Below are positions 39,948 through 52,946 of a stretch of DNA of 64,000 bases, in pieces. A program made the position numbers and the translations under genes. The first letter of the stretch is position 1. Each line of letters begins with the position of its first letter. This DNA comes from Octopus vulgaris. Taxonomy: Eukaryota. Below the pieces are notes generated by a model that was given only the letters and a program-made list of their open reading frames with translations, did not search any database and was not told the origin of the DNA. The stretch is taken from NCBI GenBank assembly GCA_951406725.2, contig OX597832.1, forward strand, positions 44,268,001-44,332,000, written 5' to 3'.

Positions 39948-40241
39948 CATTATTATTTCACTCTTGATATTCTAAATGTTTCTGCAATGTTTATCATCAT
40001 CACCATTATCATCGTTTTAATAACCGCTTTTCCATGCTAGCATGGATCAGAGAGAGTTTATCGAGGCAGATATTCTACAGTTCAGCCAGATGCCCTTCCT
40101 GTCACCAACCTTTACCTGTTCACAAGCAGCATAATATTTTCCCATAGCCAGACATGCTTTTGCAGAATACTTTTCTTGCACACATCCCCTTGTTTTCCGT
40201 TAATTTTATTCGCGTATTTGAATTGATTGTGTTTTTGAATT

Positions 40242-40284
<43 letters not shown>

Positions 40285-40286
<2 letters not shown>

Positions 40287-40782
40287 ACTTATAAACAAGG
40301 GCAAAAGAAAATTATTTCTATGCCAATATGCTGATAACAGACTTTTAAGTCATCAATTTCCACGTATTTTCTACTGATGAGGAAAAAATCTATCATGAGA
40401 TTAATTCCGAAATTGATTCAATATAGAAATAACAAACTTTAAAAAAAATTCTGTTGGCTAGCTTTCCTCGATTTCAAAACAACATATTTCTGTAGTGGGT
40501 ATATAATAATATGTAGAAATTGACAACTTAAAAGTCTGTTATCAGCATATTGGCATAGAAATAATTTTCTTTTGCCCTTCTTTATAAGTTGTTTATAATT
40601 TTAACCTTTAAAGGTATTTTAATATGCTGCCACTTTTTCTTGATGAAATTTTTTTCTGTAAAAAAACTTCATCCTATATTATATTTATAAGACTGCCATA
40701 TTGGTATGGCGATAACTATTAATTTCCAGTAACGCTGCCATAATCTCCTTTAGAGAGACTTAGTAATTTTAATATTTCTATT
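40285..40782 (+). mobile_element. Penelope-like terminal fragment with inverted 5' duplication
   Basis: An inverted repeat of about 80 bp (40285-40367 and 40508-40591) encloses a hammerhead. (TA)n lies on both sides. Confidence 0.65.
40365..40431 (+). ncRNA. Canonical type-I hammerhead ribozyme
   Basis: Stem I TATTTTCTA/TAGAAATA; CTGATGA (40374-40380); stem II GGAA/TTCC plus AATCT/AGATT; GAAA (40409-40412); stem III TTG-ATT-CAA; AUA triplet, with a predicted cut after 40423. Confidence 0.82.
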
Positions 40783-40809
40783 ATATATATATATATATAT
40801 ATATATAAA

Positions 40810-41230
40810 GGGGAAGTTTACAAAAATAAACAAAAGACGAAGGCAGGTGGAGTACAAACAAACAAACGTATTAGTATAGTGCTCAGGAATAGAGAAAGTC
40901 TTTTACGTTTCGAGCCTACGCTCTTCGACAGAAAGATACACAGAAAAAAACAAGGAGAGAAAAAAATGCGTGTAGGAGCTAACGGTCTATCATGGCGTTC
41001 TGACTTCAGGCCGAGGTCAGAGGTCAGACGTTAGACGGTAGAGGGATAGTAGGGGAGATAACAGGGTCAAGTGACTTCCAAAACGAAGGTGGCTCCAACA
41101 CGAAGGTGTGTGTGTGTATAAGAGAGTAAGTATGTGCATGTGAAAGAGGGCTGGTGGTCCGGACGTGTGTATGTATGTATGTGTGGGTGTGGAGATATGG
41201 GGATGGGTGTGTGGGTGGTGTGTTGTGATA
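40810..41230 (-). mobile_element. Penelope-like terminal fragment (longest copy) with variant hammerhead at 40899-40936
   Basis: Same family as 10372-10561, extended by about 230 bp. It follows (TA)n. Confidence 0.65.
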
Positions 41231-41526
41231 TGATATGTAATATGATATATATATATATATATATATGTATATGTATATGTGTGTGTGTATGTGTATATAA
41301 ATACACACATACAAACCACTTGCATATATATATGTATATCATCAGCATCGCCATTTTAACTTCATCCTTTTCCATGTTTGTATGGATTAGCTGGAATTTG
41401 GTGACACAGATTTTCTCCAGTTGGATGCCTTTCCTCTTATAATGCTCACCTGTTTCCCAGTGATATAATTATCACCCCACCCCCTAGTTTATTGAGTAAC
41501 AAAGGGAACAGCCTGGATGCAATGAA

Positions 41527-42038
41527 CTGAAACGAGCAACATCAGCTTAATGAGTTTTTGTTCATAAAGATTGTATGACATGTCAAGACATGTCAAGAAG
41601 CTTGAACATGCAGTCACAGTTGACTGCAGTCAAACGACATCGCTTGTATTGACAGTGAAGATGTTTGCTAATGGTCGGTGTACACACACGGATGAGAGAA
41701 AATTGGAACTCACCCATGCAAACATTTGCATGTGTACAGACACATACATATCACTGTGATCACCGTGATCGACCAGGCTATCTGAAACGAGCAATATCAG
41801 CTTAATGAGTTTTCGTTCATAAAGATTGTGTGACATGTCAAGACATGTCAAGAAGCCTGAACATGCAGTCACAGTTGACTGCAGTCAAACGACGCCACTT
41901 GTATTGACGGTGAAGATGTTTGCTAATGGTCAGCATACACACACGGATGAGAGAAAATTGGAACTCACCCATGCAAACATATGCATATGTACAGACACAT
42001 ACATATCACCGTGATCACCGTGATCGACCAGGCTATCA
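41527..42038 (+). repeat. 255-bp direct tandem duplication including a SINE-D tail end
   Basis: Units start CTGAAACGAGCAA at 41527 and 41782. Confidence 0.9.
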
Positions 42039-42247
42039 GATGTTGCTACACATCGCTGGTCACAATGCGCTTCGCATTGTTTTAGCCTTCAAATGACGCC
42101 ACCCCACTGGCTAAGCGAGCAGGCCAATAGAAGAAAGAGTGAGAGAAAGTTGTGGCGAAAGAGTACAGCAGGGATCGCCACCACCCCTTGATGGAGCCTC
42201 GTGGAACTTTTAGGTGTTTTCGCTCAATAAACACTCACAACGCCCGG
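42005..42247 (-). mobile_element. SINE-D body with tail type 3
   Basis: It shares CCGGGCGTTGTGAGTGTTTATTGAGCG...CTCACTCTTTCTTC with SINE-D and then has an unrelated tail ending (CACGGTGAT)n. Confidence 0.75.
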
Positions 42248-42249
42248 AG

Positions 42250-42751
42250 CTCTGAGCAGAAATCATCGAATCACCATCCGCGATTTATCAGATGTGCAGA
42301 TTGGTTACAGTTTAGTTCAGCCCATCATCCCTGAAGATTTGGGTATGAGACACATGTTTGCCAAGTTTGTGCCAAAACTGCTTTCAGCTGACCAAAAAGA
42401 CACTCGGGTTTCAGTTGTACAAGATCTCTTTAATTGTGTCGAGAACGGTGAAAACTTTTTGAAAATTTGCATAGGCCTCTGAGAAGGTATTGCCAAGATT
42501 TTGGCAAAATTTGATGCAGGTTCTCTGCTCAGCTTTCTCTGTCATGGTCAATGCAACAATCACATGCTACACACCTTCCTTCCAAGCACTGCTGTAAACA
42601 ATGGAATTGTGCTAAAATGTTAAAACTTGGTGCTCGTGCGCAGCAGAGGTCAAGGTCAATCTGTGCCAAGCAGCTTCACTCTGCATGCTTTGGCTTTGTT
42701 ACTATAGCAACAGTCCGGATACTTATTGATCAGACTATGTATGTATATACA
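42250..42751. mobile_element. Rearranged mariner remnant
   Basis: The plus strand encodes EDLGMRHMFAKFVPKLLSADQKDTRV. The right end CAGTCCGGATACTTATTGATCAGACTATG-TA is a mariner-type TIR. Confidence 0.7.
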
Positions 42752-42839
42752 TGTATATAAATATGTATGTATATACATGCATATATGTCTATGCTTGTTC
42801 CTTCACCTGTCTTCCTCTTTTTGTTTACTGTAAATTCGA

Positions 42840-42870
<31 letters not shown>

Positions 42871-43023
42871 CATCATCATCATCATCATTTTCATTTAGCG
42901 TCCGTTCTCCATGCTAGCATGGGTTGGACTGTTCAACTGGGGTCTGGGAAGCCAGAAGGCTGCATCAGGCCCAGTCTGATCTGGCAGTGTTTCTATGGCT
43001 GGATGCCCTTCCTAACGCCAACC

Positions 43024-43392
43024 ATGGATTCATTGAAGCTCCGGCGTCTGGCGATGGACTTAGTAAACACCCACAAAGTTATCAACCACCTCACCAACAA
43101 CACTGAACACCTTTTTGATCTCCATGTGTCTAACACACGTGGACATGCCTACAAAGTCAGAAAACAACACAGCTCCCATGACTTTCAGAAACATTTTTTC
43201 ACGCTCAGAGTTGCTGAAGCATGGAACAAACTGCCTGCGTCAGTTGTTGACTGCCATGACACTGCATCCTTTAAGGCCCTCATGCTTTCCGAAATCCGCC
43301 GAAACTACACCTGATTATACATACACTTTAGATGAGTTGTAGTGCACCTGAGCACTGTACACAATGTTTTATTATTATTATTATTATTATTA
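43024..43392 (+). mobile_element. CR1-group LINE 3' fragment (ORF2 C-terminus, short 3' UTR, (ATT)n tail)
   Basis: SLKLRRLAMDL...NTRGHAYKV...HFFTLRVAEAWNKLPASVV is the conserved CR1 C-terminal signature. Confidence 0.88.
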
Positions 43393-43502
43393 AAATGTAT
43401 TTAGAAATTCGGTGAAATATATTGTTCTGTGGAAAAAACTGACGAAAATGTAACCTCTCGATTCCGGGGATCAAGTGGACATTTACACCTCATTTGTAAT
43501 TA

Positions 43503-43924
43503 TCTCTTTACTCTCTTTTCTCTTTTACTTGTTTCAGTCATTTGACTGCGGCCATGCTGGAGCACCGCCTTTAGTCGAGCAAATTGACCCCGGGACTTAT
43601 TCTTTGTAAGCCCAGTACTTATTCTATCGGTCTCTTTTGCCGAACCGCTAAGTAACGGGGACGTAAACACACCAGCATCGGTTGTCAAGCAATGCTAGGG
43701 GTACAAACACAGACACACAAACACACACACGCATATATATATATATATATACATATATACGACAGGCTTCTTTCAGTTTCTGTCTATCAAATCCACTCAC
43801 AAGGCTTTGGTCGGCCCGAGGCTATAGTAGAAGACACTTGCCCAAGGTGCCACGCAGTGGGACTGAACCCGGAACCATGTGGTTGGTTAGCAAGCTACTT
43901 ACCACACAGCCACTCCTGCACCTA
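43503..43924 (-). mobile_element. SINE-A
   Basis: Full-length match to the consensus. Confidence 0.9.
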
Positions 43925-44039
43925 TAATAATTCATTATTATTATTTTTTTTTTTTTTTCTTGTCTTGTCATTCACTATTGTTATTTTAAGTTCCCCGGAT
44001 GTGCTGTCCAATTCTATGTATAACCTTTATGGTTACATG

Positions 44040-44400
44040 ACAATGAAACATGGGGTTTGACTTGTGAAGGCTTGAAAGAAATGAAGCTAGCATACTCTGC
44101 TCGATGGAGAATGTCAGTGTGCACACATGACAGTATGTAAATGGTTTAAGAAGAAAACTGTGTATAAAAGACATCAGATATTGCATTCAAGATAGAAGAC
44201 TGTGTTAGTTTAGTCATGTGGTGGATGAGGACAGCTGTGTACAGAAGTGCTAAGCTTTAATTGTGGGGGGTACCTGTGAAAGGAGTTGACCCTGGAAGAT
44301 GTGGGACAGAGTGGTGAGAAAGGATCTTTGGATGCTGGGCCTCACCGAGAAAATGACAAGGGACCAGGAAATGAGGGGATTTGCTGTGCTTAATTAGACA
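44040..44400 (+). mobile_element. Highly decayed RTE-clade LINE C-terminal fragment
   Basis: Broken frames give RLERNEAS, LRRKLCIKDIRYCIQDRRL, WDRVVRKDL and LGLTEKMTRDQ. Confidence 0.6.
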
Positions 44401-44771
44401 TGTCAACCTAAATAAAATTGCTGTCATCCACACCTACAGGCTGGTCCTTTACAGGTGGTGGAGCCGCATAAAATGCACTTGTGCTGGTACTGTGTTAACA
44501 CATATACTGACCAAACCATTGTGAGTAGATTTGGTTGACAGAAACTGAAAGAAGCCCATATATATATATATATATATATATAAATACTCTGTGTGTCTTC
44601 TGTGTCTATGTTTGTTCCCCACTACTGCTTAACAGCTTGTGTTAGTGTGTTTACATCCCTGTAACTTAGCGGTTCAGCAAAAGAGCCTGAAAAAGAAGTA
44701 CCAGGATTTAGAAAATAAGTCCTGGGATTAATTCATTCGACTAAAACATTCTCCGCGGCAGTGCTCCAGTA

Positions 44772-45167
44772 TTAACTAACTAACTATCCGCTCAATCGAA
44801 GTCGACTCTCAGTTACTTGATGGATCAGTGTCCTCCAGCCATTTCTATCCTGGGTCATTTCTTTCAGATTGGCTATGTCCATTTCCGTATCACTCTTGAT
44901 GGTGTCAAGCCAGCGGGTTCTTGGTCGGCCTCATCCTCTCTTGCCACTGACCATTCCGAGCATGATGTCCTTCTCCAGGGATTTTCTCCGCATAATATGA
45001 CCAAAATATGCCAATCTATGCTTGGTGATCCTAGCTTCTAGCGACAGTTTCGGCCTGATCCGGTTAAGAACTTCTCCATTGGTGAGCCTCGCTGTCCATG
45101 GAATCCGTAAAAGTCTTCTCCAACACCAAAGCTCAAATGCATTAATTCTCTTCTGGTCAGCTTTCTT
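44772..45167 (-). mobile_element. RTE (BovB-like) LINE 3' fragment
   Basis: The minus strand encodes KADQKRINAFELWCWRRLLRIPWTAR...LAYFGHIMRR..LEKDIMLG.V.GKRG*GRPRTRWLD...DRNGWR, followed by a (TAGT)n tail. Confidence 0.9.
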
Positions 45168-45180
45168 TAGTGGGGAAATA

Positions 45181-45795
45181 CCTATTTCTTTATTACTTAC
45201 AAGGGGCTAAACACAGAGGGGACAAACAAGGACAGACATAGGTATTAAGTCGATTACATCGACCCCAGTGCGTAACTGGTACTTAATTTATCGACCCCGA
45301 AAGGATGAAAGGCAAAGTCGACCTCGGTGGAATTTGAACTCACAACGTAACGGCAGACGAAATACCGCTAAGCATTTCCCCGGCGCGCTAACATTTCTGC
45401 CAGCTCGCCGCCACCTTAGTGGGGGAAATACCTGGTCACCTACCCCAGTATCTTGGCCAATATACTCTATGGATCAAAAGTGCTCCAGTATGGCCACAGT
45501 TGTAATGAATGAAACAAGTAAAAGAACAAAAGCAGTAGAAGATATATGATCAGCAAAAAGGCGGCGAGCTGGCAGAATCGTTAGCGCGCCGGGCGAAATG
45601 CTTAGCGGTATTTCGTCTGCTGCTACGTTCTGAGTTCAAATTCCGTCGAGGTTGACTTTGCCTTTCATCCTTTCGGGGTCGATTAAATAAGTACCAGTTA
45701 CGCACTGGGGTCGATTTAATATAATCGACTTAATCCCTTTGTCTGTCCTTGTTTGTCCCCTCTGTGTTTAGCCCCTTGTGGGCAATAAACAAATA
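45181..45795. mobile_element. Divergent pair of full-length SINE-B copies (45181-45417 minus; 45558-45795 plus)
   Basis: A box TGGCAGAATCGTT and B box GAGTTCAAATT are present. The TSDs are TTAGTGGGGAAATACC and AGATATATGATCAGCA. Confidence 0.88.
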
Positions 45796-47275
45796 GATAT
45801 ATGATCAGCACATATTGTATGTGAAAGCAGACAATCATACCACTCTAATGCACAAACATACTTAATATTCACTAAGAAATTGCAGTAAAGTGTTGGTGTT
45901 TATCTTACCTTACCACACAACCTGCTTCACCTAATCAGTAGTTCACTTCATATAAACACTTGAATTGTGTTATAATCTTAACAGATTATTTATTATATGC
46001 ATTCAAATATATGCTTTCAATTATTTGTTGTTTATTCTTTATTTTTGTTGCTGTTGTTGGTTGCAGTCATTGGATTGTGTCTATGCTAAAGCTCTGTCTT
46101 TGTGGGGTTTTGTTTTTTTGTCAATTATATAGACTCTGGCAGTTAATCTCATACATTTATTGAACGGCTGGTTTACCTACTGAGTTTCTTTCTTCTAGGG
46201 AGTTACTTCCTGTTAGAGAGTAAATATCATTAGGTATTTACACTGGCATACACAAATGCAGATACACACACACACACACATGTGCATACATACAAGGCTA
46301 CCCAAAAGTCACGCTACCAGTTAACATATGTGTGTCTTGTGACAGATTTTTATAGTCCCTGATATTGTGATCATTTGTAGCACATGAATTAAGGACTTGC
46401 ATACTGTTGTGGATGATGAGGCCTTGCTTGAAATGGTTGAGCAACAGCCAAGTACAAGCACTCGTACATTATCCGCAGAACTTGGCCCTTCCGTGTGGTT
46501 AAAAAGATTTTGTTTTCCAACTTCATGGTTCTGGTTCCAGTTCCACTTTTGAGGAAGTGACATCTTCTGTAGCCTCAAGCCAGCCAAAATTTTGTGAGTG
46601 GATTTGTTAGTTGGAAACCGAGAGAAGCTTGTTGTGTGTGTGTGTGTATGTGTGTGCGTGCACATGTGCATGCATGTGTGTGTGTGAGAGACTTTATGTC
46701 ATGTTGTGTTTCCCCTACCACTGCTTGACAACCGCTGTTGGTGTGTTTATGTCCCTGTGACTTAGTGGTTCGGAAAAAAGGAAGTTCCAATAGAATAAGT
46801 ATCAGGCTTCACACAAAAAAATTGGTAAGTACTGGAGTTGCTTCATTCAGCAAAAAAAAAAAAAATCTTCAAGGTGGTGCCCCAGCATGGCCACAGTCTA
46901 ATGACTGAAACAAGTAAAAGGATAAAGATAAAAGACAGTGATGGCAGTGGTGGTGGTGGTGGTGGTGGTAATAACAGTATTGGTGCTAGTAGTAGTAGTA
47001 GTAAGAACCAGCAACTTCCTGGATATATTGACAATGAAGACTATTTCAGGCAACTCATTAAAGAATGGTCTCCCAATTGACTGGAACTATACATTATTGC
47101 AAAGAATCCAAACTGGTTGTAGAATTCTTTTTTTGTTAGATGTTTTATCAGTGTCTTTCAATTAATACAGCATCACTTTGAAGTCACTCACTTCAAAGGG
47201 ATACGATATTACAGTTTTTAAATGGATTATATATAGATAAATATACATATATATATATAAATATACATATATATA

Positions 47276-47306
<31 letters not shown>

Positions 47307-47957
47307 CGAATGCGGAATAGCTGTGAAAACAGCCAAGAAAATTGGACAATAGTACAGAGAACTCAACCGGTATCTGAGAGGTAGTGGGTTCAATTCTCTG
47401 TAGCCACCTGCTGAGAAACCTTCTCCAGCTTCTAGGAGTATTAACCCAAATTTCTAGGCTGTTTTTTTACCCAATTTTCTATCTTGCATTCAAAATTTAC
47501 TTTATTTTCCATAAAATACCAACCCACTCAATGCTTCTATGTTTCTATAAATATATATATATATACCACTACACTCATGGAGTGGTTGGCGTTAGGAAGG
47601 GTATCCAGCTGTAGAAACACTGCCAGATCAGACTGGGCCTGGTGCAGCCTTCTGGCTTCCCAGACCCCAGTTGAACCGTTCAAAACAAATGCCAGCATGG
47701 AAAGCGGACGTTAAACGATGATGATGATGATATATATATATTATTTATAATAAGGGCATTAATTGTAAATTTAACCAGAATATATTCAGTGCTGAATTTT
47801 ATTCTGAATAAATACGTGTACTAAGATGCAATTCGAAAAGCCCGTCTCTTACATAGATATATAAGTGTAAACAATTCTATGTACTATGCTGGATACATTT
47901 GGTGTTCATCTGGTATGTTGGTTTTTTTTGTTCATTTTTATGTGTCTTGAATTATGC

Positions 47958-48017
47958 CTGCACTGATGATTAAAAAGTGCATTTTGTGTACTAATTATGA
48001 AATCATGTTATATGCAG
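47958..48017 (+). ncRNA. Type-I hammerhead ribozyme motif (partly decayed stems)
   Basis: Stem I CTGCA/TGCAG; CTGATGA (47963-47969); stem II TAA/TTA plus AGTGCA/TGTACT; GAAA (47999-48002); AUA triplet. It lies in an element between (TA)n tracts (about 47743-48257). Confidence 0.68.
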
Positions 48018-48252
48018 CTGAATCTGGTTTTAAAAGGCTTGCTTCGAGAGTTGCTTTCCCTCGTGTCCAATGCAATGTGTTTATTATGGTAGTTTTTACT
48101 ATAAGAGTCCCTCCTAGCGTGAGACATTTATGTATAGTAATGCCCTTGATATAAATATATTCTAAAAGGAATAATTAATAAATTTTTCCTTAATGAGGTT
48201 TTACATGCTAACTACTTGATAAATTCTTATAAAGATTTTATCCTATTTTTCA

Positions 48253-48288
<36 letters not shown>

Positions 48289-48309
48289 ATATATATATAT
48301 ATATATATA

Positions 48310-48790
48310 TTGGGTCATCCCATAAATAATGTGGTTTTTTCAATTGCATGAACTAAAAGTCAGAGAGGGACGAGATAAACTACCTGCATCAACTTGCTAT
48401 AAAAGCAGATAGTAATTTTACCTTGTACTTATTCTTAGTGCAAGTTTTGAAGAGTGCAGTTTGATTTTAACAGCTATATTTTCAAAGCTATAATGGAAGT
48501 GACAAAGGAGCATATTCAACATATTTTGCTTAGAGTTCAATGAAGGCAACAATGCAGTGGAAAGTGCAAGGAATATTAATGCAGTATATGGGGATTAAAT
48601 GATAAGTGTAAGCCAGTGTCACTGGTGGTTCCAGAAATTCTGAGTCGGAAACTACAGCCTAGAAAACAAGCCTCATTCTGGAAGATCTGTACAGCTCAAT
48701 GAGGACATCCTGCAAACCCTGGTGGAACAAAATCCCATTGTAACTGATGAGGAACTAGCAGAGAAACTTTGATTTGATCATTCAACCATT
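48310..48790 (+). pseudogene. Mariner 5' remnant (TIR plus N-terminal HTH region)
   Basis: It starts TA-TTGGGTCATCCCATAAATAATG. The translation MEVTKEHIQHILL..EFNEGNNAVESARNINAVYGD...WWFQKF*..NYSLENKPHSGR contains stops and frameshifts. Confidence 0.8.
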
Positions 48791-49039
48791 CAGATAAAAC
48801 AGGTCAAATGCTAAAGAGTTAAAAATAATGTGAGTGTACAACCCATTGGTATAAAAACCAATGTCGTGGGAAACACGCTCTATTTCTCCCACAGAAAGAA
48901 TCATTTCACAAACATTCAAAAGGGTGACCTTCATCAAAGTAAAACAAATCTCACATCTTTCATGCACTCGAACACTATTTTAAACACGAGAAAAAAATGC
49001 AGGAGCTGGGGAGAATTTATTTTACTAATTATTTTAACC

Positions 49040-49457
49040 AGGTGCAGGAGTGGCTGTGTGGTAAGTAGCTTGCTAACCAACCACATGGTTCCGGGTTCAG
49101 TCCCACTGCGTGGCATCTTGGGCAAGTGTCTTCTACTATAGCCCCGGGCCGACCAATGCCTTGTGAGTGGATTTGGTAGACGGAAACTGAAAGAAGCCTG
49201 TCGTATATATGTATATATATATATAAGTGTGTGTGTATATGTTAGTGTGTCTGTGTTTGTCCCCCCAGCATTGCTTGACAACCGATGCTGGTGTGTTTAT
49301 GTCTCCGTTACTTAGCAGTTCGGCAAAAGAGACCGATAGAATAAGTACTGGGCTTACAAAAAGAATAAGTCGCGGGGTCGATTTGCTCGACTAAAGGCGG
49401 TGCTCCAGCATGGCTGCAGTCAAATGACTGAAACAAGTAAAAGAGAGTAAAAGAGTA
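49040..49457 (+). mobile_element. SINE-A
   Basis: Full-length match to the consensus. Confidence 0.9.
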
Positions 49458-49778
49458 ATTCAGCCAATCATTCCATTCTCAAATTACTTCTCATGAGCAT
49501 TAAAAAAAAAACCCTTCTCGAAGCATAGTGACAGGGACTTGACATTATAGTCCATGTGGTCATTTTATGATTCTTGATACGGTTTATTCAAAACTGCCGT
49601 TATTCCGTTATTCCGTTATTCCTTTCAACCTGCTGATTTTATAGAAGACTAGGTTGTAAAAACCTATTTTTATGTGTGGATTTGTAATTTTTGATCAAGG
49701 CATGCATGGTTTAGTAAGCATGTATGCATCCATGTGTGTATCTGTTCATACACATGTATGTATGCATGTGTATACGCT

Positions 49779-50321
49779 GAGAGAAAGAAGAGTTGGAAGA
49801 GAGAGAGAGAGAGAGAGAGAGAAAGAAGAGTTGGAAGAGAGAGAGGGAGAGAAAGAAGAGTTGGAAGAGAGAGAGAGAGAAAGAAGAGTTGGAAGAGAGA
49901 GAGGGAGAGAAAGAAGAGTTGGAAGAGAGAGAGAGAGAAAGAAGAGTTGGAAGAGAGAGAGAGAGAAAGAAGAGTTGGAAGAGAGAGAGAGAGAGAAAGA
50001 AGAGTTGGAAGAGAGAGAGAGAGAGAGAGAAAAGAAGAGTTGGAAGAGAGAGAGAGAGAGAGAAAGAAGAGTTGGAAGAGAGAGAGAGAGAAAGAAGAGT
50101 TGGAAGAGAGCGAGAGAGAGAAAGAAGAGTTGGAAGAGAGAGAGAGAAAGAAGAGTTGGAAGAGAGCGAGGGAGAGAAAGAAGAGTTGGAAGAGAGAGAG
50201 AGAGAGAGAGAAAGAAGAGTTGGAAGAGAGAGAGAGAAAGAAGAGTTGGAAGAGAGAGAGAGAGAGAGAAAGAAGAGTTGGAAGAGAGCGAGAGAGAGAA
50301 AGAAGAGTTGGATGAGAGAGA
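49779..50321 (+). repeat. Minisatellite GAAAGAAGAGTTGGAA(GA)n
   Basis: A fixed 16-nt core is separated by (GA)n of variable length. Confidence 0.95.
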
Positions 50322-50475
50322 TGTCTATCCATTTATTGATTAGGGTGCTTTTGCCATCTGATTGCTTTGAACTGTATTAACAATGACCTGTCACAATTGA
50401 CAGATATACAAGAGATCATTTATGGCGCTCAGCTTTGTTCTAGCAGAAAGCTGCTTACAGGCCTCTCAACACCAG

Positions 50476-51950
50476 GTGGCGGTAGTGGTATTGGTGGTGG
50501 TAGTAGTGTTGTTGGTGGTGGTGATGGTGGTGGTGGTGTTGTTGTTGGTGATGAAGGTTGTGGTGGTGGTGGTGGTGATGTTGTTGTTGGTGGTGATGGT
50601 GGTGGTGGTAGTTATGGTGGTGATGTGGCGGTGGTGGTGGTGGTGTTGAGGGTGGTGGTGATGGTGGTGGTGGTGGTGATGATGGTGGTGATGGTGATGG
50701 TGGTGTTGTTGTTGGTGGTGATGGTGATGGTAGTAGTGATGGTGGTAATGCTGGTGGTGGTGGTGGTGTTGTTGTTGTTGGTGGTGGTGTTGTTGGTGAT
50801 GGTGCTGGTGGTGGTGTTGTTGGTGGTGGTGATGGCAGTAGTGGTGGTGGTGTTGTTGGTAGTGGTGATGGTGGTGGTGGTGGTGGTGTTGTTGCTGGTG
50901 GTGATGGTGGTGGTGTTGTTGGTGGTGATGGCAGTAGTGGTGGTGGTGTTGTTGGTAGTGGCGGTGGTGGTGGTGGTAGTGTTGTTGTTGGTGGTGATGG
51001 TGATGGTGGTGGTGGTGGTGTTGTTGGTGATGGTGGTGGTATTGTTGGTTTTGGTGGTGGTAGCGGCAGCAGTTGTCACATTGATGTTCCCGAAGATAAT
51101 AGTGGCAGTATGATAAAAGTAGAGATAGTGATGATTACGAAGTAAGGGTGGTAGTATGGTGGTAGTAGGGGTGGTGGTTATCATTGCTGGCATTTGTGTT
51201 GTTGTTTAACCCTAGGTCAGTTCCCATATAGGAGGTCCATTACCTCCTATATACCAAAGACATTTCAGCTATGATTAACCAACCCATCTTTTGTTTTCTT
51301 GTTTCTTTTCTTTTCTTTTCTTTCTTTTTTTTCTTTTTTTTTTTTTTGGTCTCTTGGAATTACATACCTAGGATCACTTAACTCAGTGTGTCATTCTTCT
51401 GAAAACAGCAAAGTATGATTTGAAGGATATTTGGCTGCTATTTCTAGCGGACTGAGCGACCATGTAGGGGCTTGCATAGCTATGATAGTGATGCTTGTGA
51501 AAGGAGAAGAGTCGGTAGTTATGAATTAGAGCAGTGGTAGTGTCGGTGGTGGTGGTGGTGGTGGTGGTGGTGATGGTGGTCGTGGTCGTCGTCGTAGCAG
51601 CGATGGTAGTGGTGTTCTTACTGTCAGTGGTGGTGGTGGTGGTGGTGGTGGTGGTGGTGGTGGTGGTGGTGGTGGTGGTGGTGGTGGTGGTGACGGTGGT
51701 GGTGACGGTGGTGGTGGTGGTGGTGGTGGTGGAGGTGGTGGTGGTTGTCTTCATGCAAGTGATGAGGAAGAGGGTGACAATGATAACGAGGAAATTGATA
51801 ATATTAAGGATGATGGTCATGGTTGTAACAGTGATCTTGATCATGATCATGATGATGATAGTGATGCTAGTCACCACCGTGATAATGGTGTTGGTAGTGG
51901 TGTTGGTAGATAATATGGTAATGATGATGGTGATTGTCATGGAGAGGGAC
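50476..51950 (+). repeat. (GGT/GTT/GAT)n degenerate triplet repeats
   Basis: Directly visible as two blocks, 50476-51070 and 51534-51950. Confidence 0.92.
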
Positions 51951-51984
51951 TAGCATGGTGATATTGTCAAGCTTGGTGGGAGAG

Positions 51985-52053
51985 AGATACATAGACAGAC
52001 AGACAGACTGATAGATAGACCAACAGATAGATGGGTAAGTTGCTAACTAGATG

Positions 52054-52094
<41 letters not shown>

Positions 52095-52095
52095 G

Positions 52096-52146
<51 letters not shown>

Positions 52147-52197
52147 CCAAGTAGCTAGCTAGGTAGATAGACAGACAGACAGACAGACAGATAGATC

Positions 52198-52243
<46 letters not shown>

Positions 52244-52247
52244 AGAC

Positions 52248-52287
<40 letters not shown>

Positions 52288-52891
52288 GGATAGCATAGCT
52301 AACTAGGTAGATAGATAGATAGATAGATAGATAGACCTAATGAGATAGCTAGATAGATAGATAGATAGATAGCTAGACCTAGCTAGCTAAGTAGGTAGGT
52401 CGGCAGGTAGGTTGGTAGGTAGATATGTAGGTAGATAGGTAGGTAGGTAGATAGGTAGGTAGGCTGGTGGGTTGGTAAATAGATAAATAGATAGACAGGT
52501 AAAGGCATAGATGACTGGGTAAATACAAAGTATGAAGTTGATTACGAATAAAAAGATTTTTAAAAAAATAGAAGAGAATGGAAAGGCAGGAAAGAAGAAA
52601 GGGAAAATAATGAAAAATAAAAAAAAAATATGTAAAGGACCAAAATGAAGACAAACAGATTGAAAAAGATGAATATTCCAACAGAATTCAAAGAAGGAAA
52701 GAAATTATGAGGAAATACATAAGAATATAATGAAAGAAGGAAGAGAGTAATAGTGATGAAGGAAGAAAAGGCAAGAGAGAGAAAAGGGATTGACAGATAG
52801 AGTGATATTATAGAGAGACAGACAAATAGACAGATGGGGAGAGAGATAGACAGATAAGGAGAGAGAGGGGGTGACGGAGACAGACAAATGT

Positions 52892-52946
<55 letters not shown>

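Noticed and set aside
41527-42038. 255-bp tandem unit as a retrozyme
   Set aside because: I found no hammerhead core on either strand. It is better explained as a local duplication at a SINE end.
48744-48770. CTGATGA...GAAA hammerhead-like match
   Set aside because: There is no stem II or stem I pairing, and it lies in mariner coding sequence. CTGANGA hits at about 4859, 26257, 36874 and 43439 were rejected because no correctly placed GAAA follows.
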